Positions 10,109 to 18,702 of a DNA stretch of 32,000 nucleotides are shown here, piece after piece. Location: positions 1,710,001 to 1,742,000 of the forward strand of contig OY780959.1 in the NCBI GenBank assembly GCA_963675915.1, given 5' to 3'. Position numbers and translations under genes: made by a program. The stretch comes from Coprobacillaceae bacterium. GTDB lineage: Bacteria > Bacillota_I > Bacilli_A > Erysipelotrichales > Coprobacillaceae. The notes under the pieces were generated by a model, which had not been told where the DNA came from, made no database searches, and saw nothing but the letters and a program-made list of their open reading frames with translations. Every line of letters starts with the position of its first letter. Position 1 is the stretch's first letter.

Positions 10109-11062
10109 TTATTTAGATTTCGAATTATCATAATCCATTCTTTTTACCCTTACTTGGATATCTTCCATCATTTTGCGGTTTGTCGAAATCAAATCACCCA
10201 ACAAGCCCACAACTACAGTCATAAAGCCAAGCATCATCAGAGTGCTGGCCAGTATCAGCGATTGGACATGTCCGTCACCCGCTCCAGTAGCGAGATAGAT
10301 CAGGTATCTGACCCCTAACGCCATTCCTAGCCCAAAAATCACAGCTCCCAAGGTAGCAAAGAATTTCATTGGTTTGTAGACAATATACGCTCTTACAATG
10401 GTCACCATTGAACGTTTGACATAACCAAACATACTGCTAAAAAGTCTTGATGGGCGCAGTTCGGCATTAGTTCTTATCGGAACCGATGTCATCGCAATTT
10501 TACTTCTTCCCGCCTGTACAATTGTTTCCAGCGTATATGTATATTCATTAGTAACATTCATCGCCATAGCCGCATCCCGGCTAAAAGCCCTGAATCCACT
10601 TGGTGCGTCGGGAATATCCGAATTAGAGGCAACTCGAACAACCCAGCTTCCAAAGTGCTGCAACATTTTTTTTAAAGGAGAAAAATGTTCAGTTTCATCA
10701 ATCGGTCTTGCTCCAATAACAATATCCGATTTACCTTCGATAATCGGTCGTACCAGTTTCTCAATGTCCGCTCCGTTATATTGATTGTCAGCATCGGTAT
10801 TGACAATTATATCCGCGCCATTTCTCAAACAGGCATCAAGCCCGGCCATAAACCCTTTGGCCAAGCCTTTATTCCTCTTGAAATTAACAACATAGTTGAT
10901 CCCCCATTTTCGGGCCACTTCAACTGTATTATCCTTTGAACCGTCATTAATGATCAGATATTCAATCTCGTCAATTCCGTCAATCTGCTTTGGCAAATCA
11001 TTGAGGGCAATCTCAAGAGTCTCAGCTTCATTATAACAAGGTATTTGAATAATTAATTTCAT
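10109..11062 (-). CDS. Polyprenyl-phosphate glycosyltransferase, GT2 with two C-terminal TM helices (GtrB/CsbB/DPM1-like)
   Basis: 317-aa ORF. Motifs: IQIPCYNEAETL, INDGSKDNT, NTDADNQY. Two C-terminal hydrophobic helices are present (FFATLGAVIFGLGMALGV and LILASTLMMLGFMTVVVGLLG). The RBS is AGAGGT. Confidence 0.72.
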   Translation of the reverse strand: MKLIIQIPCYNEAETLEIALNDLPKQIDGIDEIEYLIINDGSKDNTVEVARKWGINYVVNFKRNKGLAKGFMAGLDACLRNGADIIVNTDADNQYNGADIEKLVRPIIEGKSDIVIGARPIDETEHFSPLKKMLQHFGSWVVRVASNSDIPDAPSGFRAFSRDAAMAMNVTNEYTYTLETIVQAGRSKIAMTSVPIRTNAELRPSRLFSSMFGYVKRSMVTIVRAYIVYKPMKFFATLGAVIFGLGMALGVRYLIYLATGAGDGHVQSLILASTLMMLGFMTVVVGLLGDLISTNRKMMEDIQVRVKRMDYDNSKSK

Positions 11063-11076
11063 ATTGTTACCTCTAT

Positions 11077-11084
11077 CTTTCTAT
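11077..11084. repeat. Left copy of the 8-bp target-site duplication CTTTCTAT
   Basis: Identical 8-mer at 12770..12777. Each copy directly abuts a terminal inverted repeat of the IS. Confidence 0.9.
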
Positions 11085-11096
11085 GGTAGTGTCAAA
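11085..11096. repeat. IS left terminal inverted repeat
   Basis: GGTAGTGTCAAA; perfect reverse complement of 12758..12769. Confidence 0.9.
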
Positions 11097-11129
11097 ACCA
11101 GTTAGTTATTTATAGCTTTAAATAACTGG
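11093..11129 (-). terminator. AT-rich bulged hairpin plus T-run just inside the IS left end (terminator-like on the minus strand)
   Basis: Minus strand: CCAGTTATTTA-loop-TAAAT(aact)AACTGG (11 bp with a 4-nt bulge) followed by TTTTG. The stem is weak. Confidence 0.3.
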
Positions 11130-11275
11130 TAAACCGCATTCTACCTAGGTTTTTTATCTATTTTAGTCGCTCCCCTCCGGAATCGACATATAACTTAGCC
11201 ATTTCAATATACAAAAAAGGCAATAGCTCCTATAATTGTAAGTGACAAAACCACAAGTAAAGGAGAACTATTACC

Positions 11276-12739
11276 ATGGCTAAGATTATATCACTAATTA
11301 TCAAATTATTGAATATTGTCAATAAAATTTCTTTCAAATTCGAATGCTTTTTGATGAAATTTCTTCCCAAAGATCCTGATACTTTAATAATGGGCGAACA
11401 ATACCGCAAATTCAAGGTTGATCCAGTTCCTTTCATCAAAGAAGAAAATCTCCCGATTTCATTTGATGAAGCGGTAGAAATATATAAATCCAAACATAAA
11501 GGTCGCTCGCCCAAACCTATAAATAGACGGGTTCCTTTAAACATACCAAAAGATACTGTTTGCCCTCACTGTGGAGCTCCTTACGAATATCTTTATGACA
11601 ACAAGTCCGGCAAAATATCAAAGCAGTGTCGCTGCAAAGTATGCGATACCGCCTTCGTTCCTGGAAAACCATATATCCAACAAGTGGCACATTACTGCCC
11701 TTATTGCGGGGTAAAACTGGATCCACGTCATACCCGTGAACATTTCACTGTATATCGTTGTCCTAACAACATGTGTACTTACTACAAGCACAATCTCAGA
11801 ATGATGAACCGCAAGGAGAAGAAACTCTACAAGAGAAATCCTTCCGCCTTCAAACTCCACTACATAACCAGAGTTTTCAGTGCTACCATAGAACAATTGG
11901 AAAGACTTCAGGCAACCATAACCCCTTCAAAGGTCCAATTGTCGAGAATCCATAATTCAAAGCACATACTGGGCCTAATCCTCACATACCACATCAACTA
12001 CGGCTTATCTTTGAGGAAAACCGCGTTGATTATGCGAGAAGTTCATGACGTCAAAGTATCTCATCAGACTGTCGCCAACTATGCCGAAGCAGCCAGTTGT
12101 CTGATCAACCCTTGGTTGGACAACTACCAGTATGACAATTTGACTGTAGATCAGTGCGGTGATGAAACTTACGTGAAAGTCAAAGGCAAGAAAGCCTATG
12201 TCTTTTTCATGTGTGACAGTGTCAGAAAAATAATAACCTCTTACAACATCTTCATGAAAAGAGATACATTTTCAGCAATTCAAGCTTTCTATTCAGTAAT
12301 CAGAAAGTTTACAGTCATTCCAGAAGACCTGCCTGAAGATTTGAATTTCGTCGTTGATGGCAATCCAATCTACCTCGCTGCCCAACAATATTTACATATA
12401 AACAAAATAAGATTCAAAGTTCATCAGGTAATCGGTTTAGAAAACAAAGATGAAACTTCAAAGATGTATCGATCTCAAAAGCAAATAATTGAGAGATTGA
12501 ATAGAACATTCAAGTTCTCATATTACGTAAAGAATGGATTTGCGGATTTAAACAAAGCAAATGAATTCATGTGTCTGTTTACCACATACTTTAATTTCCT
12601 CAGGAAGCATAGTTCTTTGGAATACAGTCCTCCAGTTAAACTGGAATCATTCGAAGGTGTGACCAACATGCCTAGAAAATGGAATATGATTATCGCTATG
12701 GCCAATGATTACATCATCAACAACTCCATAACAAATTAA
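11276..12739 (+). CDS. DDE transposase, IS6/IS240-type catalytic core with an N-terminal double zinc-ribbon extension
   Basis: 487-aa ORF with an AAGGAG RBS. Catalytic core: GDETYVKVKGKKAYVF (D), VVDGNPIY (D), IIERLNRTFK (E). N-terminal Cys clusters: CPHCG...CRCKVC and CPYCG...CPNNMC. Confidence 0.88.
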   Translation: MAKIISLIIKLLNIVNKISFKFECFLMKFLPKDPDTLIMGEQYRKFKVDPVPFIKEENLPISFDEAVEIYKSKHKGRSPKPINRRVPLNIPKDTVCPHCGAPYEYLYDNKSGKISKQCRCKVCDTAFVPGKPYIQQVAHYCPYCGVKLDPRHTREHFTVYRCPNNMCTYYKHNLRMMNRKEKKLYKRNPSAFKLHYITRVFSATIEQLERLQATITPSKVQLSRIHNSKHILGLILTYHINYGLSLRKTALIMREVHDVKVSHQTVANYAEAASCLINPWLDNYQYDNLTVDQCGDETYVKVKGKKAYVFFMCDSVRKIITSYNIFMKRDTFSAIQAFYSVIRKFTVIPEDLPEDLNFVVDGNPIYLAAQQYLHINKIRFKVHQVIGLENKDETSKMYRSQKQIIERLNRTFKFSYYVKNGFADLNKANEFMCLFTTYFNFLRKHSSLEYSPPVKLESFEGVTNMPRKWNMIIAMANDYIINNSITN

Positions 12740-15237
12740 TCATACTTTTCATACCTGTTTGACACTACCCTTTCTATAAATTCCAATGATTGAATCGCTA
12801 TTCCCAAAGTACGGTTGTCTACCAATCCCAGTTCCGTTGGAGACCAGGTGTCCAAAATCAATTTGACCTCATTCTTACCATCTTCAACGACATCTCGGGC
12901 AATAGAGGAAACTATTGGATCAGAGTCGTTTTGGGAATTCACGGAAACTGTATTGATAAGAGTATCATTGAAATATACTTCAACTTCTAGATTTTTGGTA
13001 TTGATTGCATCAAATGGAATAATCGGTAATTGATTGATGACAAGATCGTAATTGTTTTGCTCAAGGTAAACATTGATGATTACTTCACTTGAATTAGTCC
13101 ATCTGAAATCACCCTCGATATCCCCAAATCCGTCTTGAATAACCTCAGGATTGTTCATCAGATAAATATTTTTTGGAGTTTCCATTTTCATTAGTGTGAT
13201 TTCAACTTCTTGCTGTGAAAAAGCAAATGGCAACGGAACATAGCGATAACGATATTCATTGAGGTCCTGAGAAGTAAGATAGCTTCCCTTGGAGATAACC
13301 CGGTTATCGAAATCCAAATAATCAATCTCACTGTCCGTCAGCAAATAGACATTGCTGTATTTGTCACTCAAATAATCAATAGTGCTTTCGACTCCCTCGC
13401 TAAATATCGGATAGACATCAGTGGCCGCCAAGCTTTTTAGCGGCAAGGCAAACAATCGGCTGATCCTGCTGTCAGTCAATATCACAGCGCTGTCAGCTCC
13501 GATATCTTCAAAAACCTGGGTCATTATATTGTAACTCATTTTTGAATCATCATCGTTATCAAGCATAACATATCCATAATAACCGTTGAATCCGGCGGCA
13601 ACTATCAATATTGCCAAGACAATCCCTTTAGGCAGATACTCGCAGTAAATAGCGTATGCCAATGCAATTATCAAAACAAACGGCGCAACATAACGGGCAT
13701 AATAATAATAATGAAGTATCTCAATTCGCATGAACGTCGATGTTATTAATATATTGTAGATGAACAAGAACGTGATAATCAATCTCTTGTTGTCCTTAAG
13801 GAAAATCCGGGTTTTGAAGAACATAAACAGCAAGCCAAGCGGCAAGGCCAGTAAGCCGGTCATATAGACGTAAGCCGACAAAGTCAGGTTTTTGATCCCA
13901 CCCAGTTTACCGTAATACCCGGCTTGGGATGAATTTTCTACCGGCAACATTCCACTGACAAGCTTATAGGCATAGTAAGCTGTATACAGGATGACAGCGG
14001 CAACAACCAACTTTACCAACCAGGCAAGAACCTTGTTATTCGTAAATTCAAATTTGAATTTAGCGCCGAACTTGCCAAGCAAAAAGATTATCACTCCACA
14101 AAGTACCACAACACCCAAGACAAACGGAATAAGATTGCCATGGTTCAAAGGCCCAAAATACATCGGTCTGCTATTATTGAAACTGTATTCAGGTGTGATA
14201 TACAACATGAATAGGTACCCGATGGTAAAGAACAGCAAAGCCAGATAATTTGCCCGCAGGTATGTCTTGTTACGAGTATTAATAAATAAAAGCCAGTAAA
14301 GAACTACTATTTCCGGCATGATTGTATAAATGGAAATATGGAAGAATGAAAATACTAAAATAGGTATTGATGTCAGTATGATCGAACCTGGCTTTGAGGA
14401 TGTGAAGTAATAAATCAAAAACGTGAATATCAACGTCAAAAACATCTCTGTCAATGACGACTTTGATACCCATAGTACAATCGGTGACATCGCAGCAATT
14501 GCCAGAACCACATAAGAATTCAATTCACTCAAATTCAGGTTGTCGGCAATCTTTTTGACCATGATGGCAAATGCGATAAAGAATACACTTTGAAAAATCA
14601 ACATGTTTTCAATCCCAAAAACACTGATTGCCAGTGCCAAAATCGCTGGGAATGTCGGTATTCCGTGGAATATCCCGGAAACTTCGCTCAGCTCATCACT
14701 ATCGCTTAAAAATGGTTTCTGGGAATCGTAATTGTCAAATCCCAACAAATCCAAGACAAAATCGCTGTAATCTTCTTTTTGACTATCAGTTGCCAGTCCG
14801 GAATACTCCTCGAAGTCAAGTTGTCTTGACGAGTCGCCATAAACAAGCTGGATTGCTTTTGTTTGGTAAACCCCTTCATCCTGACCCATTCCAAAAAATT
14901 CAAATTTATTGAATGAGAAAATTGTTGCAATAATCAAGACTATCACAAAAAGCGGTTTTTTTGGTTTCAATAATTCCAATTCATTGTTGTTCTTTATCTT
15001 ATTTTTGTAATATAAATATCCCAGAATGACAACGTTAAGAATCAACATGAAAAGTTGAACACGCTCAACCTTGAATTTATCAATAAGGAAAAAACCGGAA
15101 CTGATCAGGATATATTCGCCAAAATAATAGAACACAAGCTTGGCAAACCACTCAAGAATATCAACTTTTTTCAACGCCAATATCATGATCATTCCCGCAA
15201 CAAATATGTTTATTGTAAATAACCAAAAATTATCCAT
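12736..15237 (-). CDS. Large polytopic membrane protein, GT-C-fold glycosyltransferase candidate (ArnT/PMT_2/YfhO-like); last 10 codons are IS-derived
   Basis: 833-aa ORF with more than 10 hydrophobic segments. An acidic motif FGMGQDEGVYQTKAIQL sits in the first extracytoplasmic loop. There is a ~250-aa soluble C-terminal domain. The gene lies next to a GtrB-like GT2. Codons from 12768 down to 12739 (VVSNRYEKYD) lie inside the IS. Confidence 0.6.
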   Translation of the reverse strand: MDNFWLFTINIFVAGMIMILALKKVDILEWFAKLVFYYFGEYILISSGFFLIDKFKVERVQLFMLILNVVILGYLYYKNKIKNNNELELLKPKKPLFVIVLIIATIFSFNKFEFFGMGQDEGVYQTKAIQLVYGDSSRQLDFEEYSGLATDSQKEDYSDFVLDLLGFDNYDSQKPFLSDSDELSEVSGIFHGIPTFPAILALAISVFGIENMLIFQSVFFIAFAIMVKKIADNLNLSELNSYVVLAIAAMSPIVLWVSKSSLTEMFLTLIFTFLIYYFTSSKPGSIILTSIPILVFSFFHISIYTIMPEIVVLYWLLFINTRNKTYLRANYLALLFFTIGYLFMLYITPEYSFNNSRPMYFGPLNHGNLIPFVLGVVVLCGVIIFLLGKFGAKFKFEFTNNKVLAWLVKLVVAAVILYTAYYAYKLVSGMLPVENSSQAGYYGKLGGIKNLTLSAYVYMTGLLALPLGLLFMFFKTRIFLKDNKRLIITFLFIYNILITSTFMRIEILHYYYYARYVAPFVLIIALAYAIYCEYLPKGIVLAILIVAAGFNGYYGYVMLDNDDDSKMSYNIMTQVFEDIGADSAVILTDSRISRLFALPLKSLAATDVYPIFSEGVESTIDYLSDKYSNVYLLTDSEIDYLDFDNRVISKGSYLTSQDLNEYRYRYVPLPFAFSQQEVEITLMKMETPKNIYLMNNPEVIQDGFGDIEGDFRWTNSSEVIINVYLEQNNYDLVINQLPIIPFDAINTKNLEVEVYFNDTLINTVSVNSQNDSDPIVSSIARDVVEDGKNEVKLILDTWSPTELGLVDNRTLGIAIQSLEFIERVVSNRYEKYD
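12758..12769. repeat. IS right terminal inverted repeat
   Basis: TTTGACACTACC; reverse complement equals the left inverted repeat. Confidence 0.9.
12770..12777. repeat. Right copy of the 8-bp target-site duplication CTTTCTAT
   Basis: Identical to 11077..11084. Confidence 0.9.
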
Positions 15238-15239
15238 CG

Positions 15240-16433
15240 CTATTTAGTTCCCCTTACTATTTCCTCAAACATTTCAGTATACTTTTCAACAATCACATTC
15301 CATTCGAAATTACTGTTGACAAAATCATAACCGGATTGCCCCATTTCGTCAGCAATGTTGGGATTATTAAAAAGATAATTAACCGTTCCTTCAAAATCAA
15401 AATAACTGTCGAAATACAGACCACCACGTGATTCAATAGCAAAATTCTTAGTCACCGCGCAACCGCCACTCACTAACACCGGGCGATGGGCCAACCAACT
15501 TTCCATGATAACCAATGAAAATGATTCACTGTTGGATGGCTGACAAAGGGTCATTGCGGCACCGTAAGCATCATATTTGTCCTGAATATCGACAAATCCC
15601 AGATCGTATACATCTTTTTTAACGTCTTGGGGAATTTTGATTTTTCCGCCCCCGATAAGGACTAATTTCAGTTTATTTTTATTACGTTTCTTATATTCTG
15701 AAAAATATTTAAGTAGAACATCGACTCTTTTTCCGGCTTCTTTTCTTCCAGCATACAGGATGAACGGGTCTTTGATTTTATATTTTGCAACGAAACGCTT
15801 TGCATCATAGGTGAAGTCAGTGTCAACCCCCTCACCTAGAACCTTATGTTTCAAATCAGGGGATAAGTTGTAATTGTCAAGAACCAATTGTTGTTCCGGT
15901 TTGGCATGGAAAATCATTCCAGAGATATTCGAATACAATTCCTTGAAAATATCCAGTCGGAAATATGATTCATCGTGGAAACAAGGAATCAACACCGATT
16001 TTTTAGGATTGACTTTGATCCCGTTGTAGGTTGTTCCAAACATGTAAGGGATGAAAACGAACAAATCATAGTCATCTTGATTCACTTCCATATATTCATA
16101 TAAAGCGGAACTGTTGACCATTTCATCAATGTAGATTTCTTCGTCTTTTCTTGTCAAAGGTATTGAACGCATCAACCTTGAATTGATTCGGTTGAATTTG
16201 TTAGTATCCCTTTTGTCTGCTTTGAAGCGTCTGATTGTAAGACCATTTTCCACGACAGTCCCTTCCTTGTGAAAGTTGACATTCCAATCGCTGTTGAAAT
16301 CCTTGACGCAAGTAGTCAATATTTCGATATCAAGATCAGTCTCATTCAGATGGCTAGCCAAACCTCTTAGTTCGGCCTCAGCTCCTCCGGGGATGTCAAA
16401 TCCAAACCAAGGTGTTACAAAACCTATTTTCAT
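15240..16433 (-). CDS. Glycosyltransferase family 4 (GT-B), paralog of the next gene
   Basis: 397-aa ORF. Motifs: N-terminal KIGFVTPWFGFDIPGGAEAELRGLA and SESFSLVIMESWLAHRPVLV. It aligns along its length with the 16435..17619 product. Confidence 0.82.
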   Translation of the reverse strand: MKIGFVTPWFGFDIPGGAEAELRGLASHLNETDLDIEILTTCVKDFNSDWNVNFHKEGTVVENGLTIRRFKADKRDTNKFNRINSRLMRSIPLTRKDEEIYIDEMVNSSALYEYMEVNQDDYDLFVFIPYMFGTTYNGIKVNPKKSVLIPCFHDESYFRLDIFKELYSNISGMIFHAKPEQQLVLDNYNLSPDLKHKVLGEGVDTDFTYDAKRFVAKYKIKDPFILYAGRKEAGKRVDVLLKYFSEYKKRNKNKLKLVLIGGGKIKIPQDVKKDVYDLGFVDIQDKYDAYGAAMTLCQPSNSESFSLVIMESWLAHRPVLVSGGCAVTKNFAIESRGGLYFDSYFDFEGTVNYLFNNPNIADEMGQSGYDFVNSNFEWNVIVEKYTEMFEEIVRGTK

Positions 16434-16434
16434 A

Positions 16435-17619
16435 TCAGCTATCCTCCAGTACAGTCGATATTAACTTGTCAAATCGTGAGATGATAACGTCCCAACGATA
16501 ATTTGTATCCACGTATTTTTTTGCATTTTCTTTCATGACGGCCACAATTTCTTCATTTTCAAGCAGGTAGTTAACCGTCGCCTCAAACTCGAAATAGTTA
16601 TTATAATAGAGAGCCCCATTGCTTTTTAAACAGTGTCCTTTCAATACCCGACACTTGCCATAGACAAGTACTGGGGTCTTGACACTCATTGCCTCAAGGA
16701 CGACCATTGAAAGTGATTCGAATTCACTTGGCAGAACCAGCATTTTGGCTCCTTTAATTCCATCATATTTGTCCTGTTCACTGACAAAACCGAGACTGAC
16801 TATATCCTTGTTTTTAGGAATATCCATTGCCGGTTTTCCCATCAAGACCAATTTCAAATCTCCCCCGATTCGCTTCTTGTATTCTTTGAAATACTTGAAC
16901 AAAACGTGACAGTTCTTCCCCTCATCGATTCTTCCGACATAAACTAGATAGTTTTCCAAACCATATGTTTGTTTGAATCGGTTGCTGTCGATATCTTCAG
17001 GAAGTTCAATTCCAACACCGCCAATATCATAAGGGATATCAATTCCAAACTTGGCTTCAATCATATCCCGTTCTTCTTCAGTGTTAAAAAAATATGCTTG
17101 CGGAAGTTTGAAAAGACGTTGATATTTTTCCATTCTTAAAAATGGCTCATCATGGGCCAGCGGAATCAGGATTGCTTTTTCTTTGACCTTATCCAACCCA
17201 ACAATGGTCGGATAATAAAGATAAGTGAAAAAGACAAATAAGTCATAATTATCCTTGTTCTCTTCAATATAGCTGATTAACTCAGGAGTATATGGCCCCT
17301 GCTTTTCAATCCACTCCGTTTCCCGTTCGTGAGGGAGCCTTCCCGACATAAACAAACCATTGATTTGGTCGAATTCTTTTTGATTTCGTTCTTTGGCAAC
17401 GGCAAATCTTCGAACCGGAACGGAATTGATCACTTCAAAATCCGATTTGTATTCATTTTTCCAAGTAGTATATTCGATTGCTTTAGTAGTCAAAACTTCG
17501 ATATTGGGGTGATTCACAATCATCTTCTCGACCAATTGGCGACAATGCAATTCCGCCCCGCCATTGACTTCTTCCCCATATCGTTGCACCACAAAAGCAA
17601 TTCGGACCTTATTGTTCAT
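16435..17619 (-). CDS. Glycosyltransferase family 4 (GT-B)
   Basis: Start chosen at ATG 17619 (MNNKVRIAFVVQRYGEEVNGGAELH), which has a GGAG RBS 9 nt upstream, rather than 17676. Motif: FESLSMVVLEAMSVKTPVLV. Confidence 0.82.
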   Translation of the reverse strand: MNNKVRIAFVVQRYGEEVNGGAELHCRQLVEKMIVNHPNIEVLTTKAIEYTTWKNEYKSDFEVINSVPVRRFAVAKERNQKEFDQINGLFMSGRLPHERETEWIEKQGPYTPELISYIEENKDNYDLFVFFTYLYYPTIVGLDKVKEKAILIPLAHDEPFLRMEKYQRLFKLPQAYFFNTEEERDMIEAKFGIDIPYDIGGVGIELPEDIDSNRFKQTYGLENYLVYVGRIDEGKNCHVLFKYFKEYKKRIGGDLKLVLMGKPAMDIPKNKDIVSLGFVSEQDKYDGIKGAKMLVLPSEFESLSMVVLEAMSVKTPVLVYGKCRVLKGHCLKSNGALYYNNYFEFEATVNYLLENEEIVAVMKENAKKYVDTNYRWDVIISRFDKLISTVLEDS

Positions 17620-18694
17620 AATAATTCTCCATAAAGTCAGCCAAATATTCGACAAATTGCTGCTCGACAACTTCATGACTGAAAGAATTCAAACGCTTTT
17701 TCTGATTGGCAAGCAGATTATCCTGAAGTGCTTTGTTATTGACAACGTAGTCGATCAACCCGGCTGTTTCAATCGGATTTTTTTGAGCAACCACCAGGCC
17801 ACCGGCACCCAAAGTCTCCGGCACTGCACATGAATCATAGGCTATGATCGGTGTTTCAAACTTCATTGCTTCCACTAAAGGAACACAGAAACCTTCATGT
17901 TCACTCATGCACAAAAACAAATCGGCAATTGTGTAGTAAGCCAGGATATGATCGAAGGGAATATGTCCCGGGAAAATCACATCTTCCACCCCTAAGGCTT
18001 CGATATAATCTTCAAGGCGTTGATAGTAAGATTCCATTCCCTGACTATTTCCTACCAGGATCAGACGGGAATTTTTGTTATAGTATTTCTTGTAATGGAA
18101 AAATGCATTGATAACGTCTTCCTGCTTCTTATTTGGCGCAATCCTTCCGGTAAACAGAATATTGGTGAAACCATCATCCTGATATTTCTTGATTACTTTG
18201 GCATTTGGTTTTTTCTCATAGTCTTCAAAAGGAATCAATATCGGCAGAACCTTCATCGGACAATCAAACCCAATTTCTTTCAATTCATCGACGTTATATT
18301 GAGAATCTCCAATCACATAGTCGAATTTGTCTTTCAAAAATTCCAGGCTCTTACGACCTTCATTGCACAAGTTATAGGCGATATCCGAATATGGTTTGAA
18401 AAATTCAGGTGGTGTGATGTTATGGTAAATCATGATTTTCTTACCAGGATAATCAGCAATTCTGTAGTTGAGTTTGGTTCCGGTCGACATGTGATAAATA
18501 ATCACATCTTCAGGACTCACATTCAGATTATCCACCGAAAAGATGAATGAGTTTTTAAGCAGCCTTTGATCGATATTTTCACTGTATATCCCAGTTTGGT
18601 AACCTTGGCGTTCCAATGAACGGTGGATTGCCATGGTATCATTACTGACAGCGTCGCCAAATGAGATAGTCGTAAGTACTTGTAGTATCCGCAT
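17609..18694 (-). CDS. Glycosyltransferase family 4 (GT-B)
   Basis: 361-aa ORF. Motif: EHEGFCVPLVEAMKFETPIIAY. The RBS is AGGTG. Confidence 0.85.
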   Translation of the reverse strand: MRILQVLTTISFGDAVSNDTMAIHRSLERQGYQTGIYSENIDQRLLKNSFIFSVDNLNVSPEDVIIYHMSTGTKLNYRIADYPGKKIMIYHNITPPEFFKPYSDIAYNLCNEGRKSLEFLKDKFDYVIGDSQYNVDELKEIGFDCPMKVLPILIPFEDYEKKPNAKVIKKYQDDGFTNILFTGRIAPNKKQEDVINAFFHYKKYYNKNSRLILVGNSQGMESYYQRLEDYIEALGVEDVIFPGHIPFDHILAYYTIADLFLCMSEHEGFCVPLVEAMKFETPIIAYDSCAVPETLGAGGLVVAQKNPIETAGLIDYVVNNKALQDNLLANQKKRLNSFSHEVVEQQFVEYLADFMENYYEQ

Positions 18695-18702
18695 TAAATC
18701 AC

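Larger units (their letters stand above)
11085..12769 (+). mobile_element. IS6-family-like insertion sequence, 1685 bp
   Basis: It has perfect 12-bp terminal inverted repeats GGTAGTGTCAAA (11085..11096 and the reverse complement of 12758..12769). GG termini and a CAAA motif resemble the IS26/IS257 ends. The element is flanked by the 8-bp direct repeat CTTTCTAT. It carries a single DDE transposase ORF. Confidence 0.9.

Noticed and set aside
11230-11544. 104-aa minus-strand ORF inside the IS left part
   Set aside because: It overlaps the transposase start and its promoter region. It has no RBS and no motif, so it is most likely a spurious frame.
16435-17676. Longer 413-aa version of the GT4 gene
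   Set aside because: The extra 19 codons overlap the upstream gene by 68 nt and lack an RBS. The ATG at 17619 has a GGAG RBS and begins at the conserved GT4 N-terminus.
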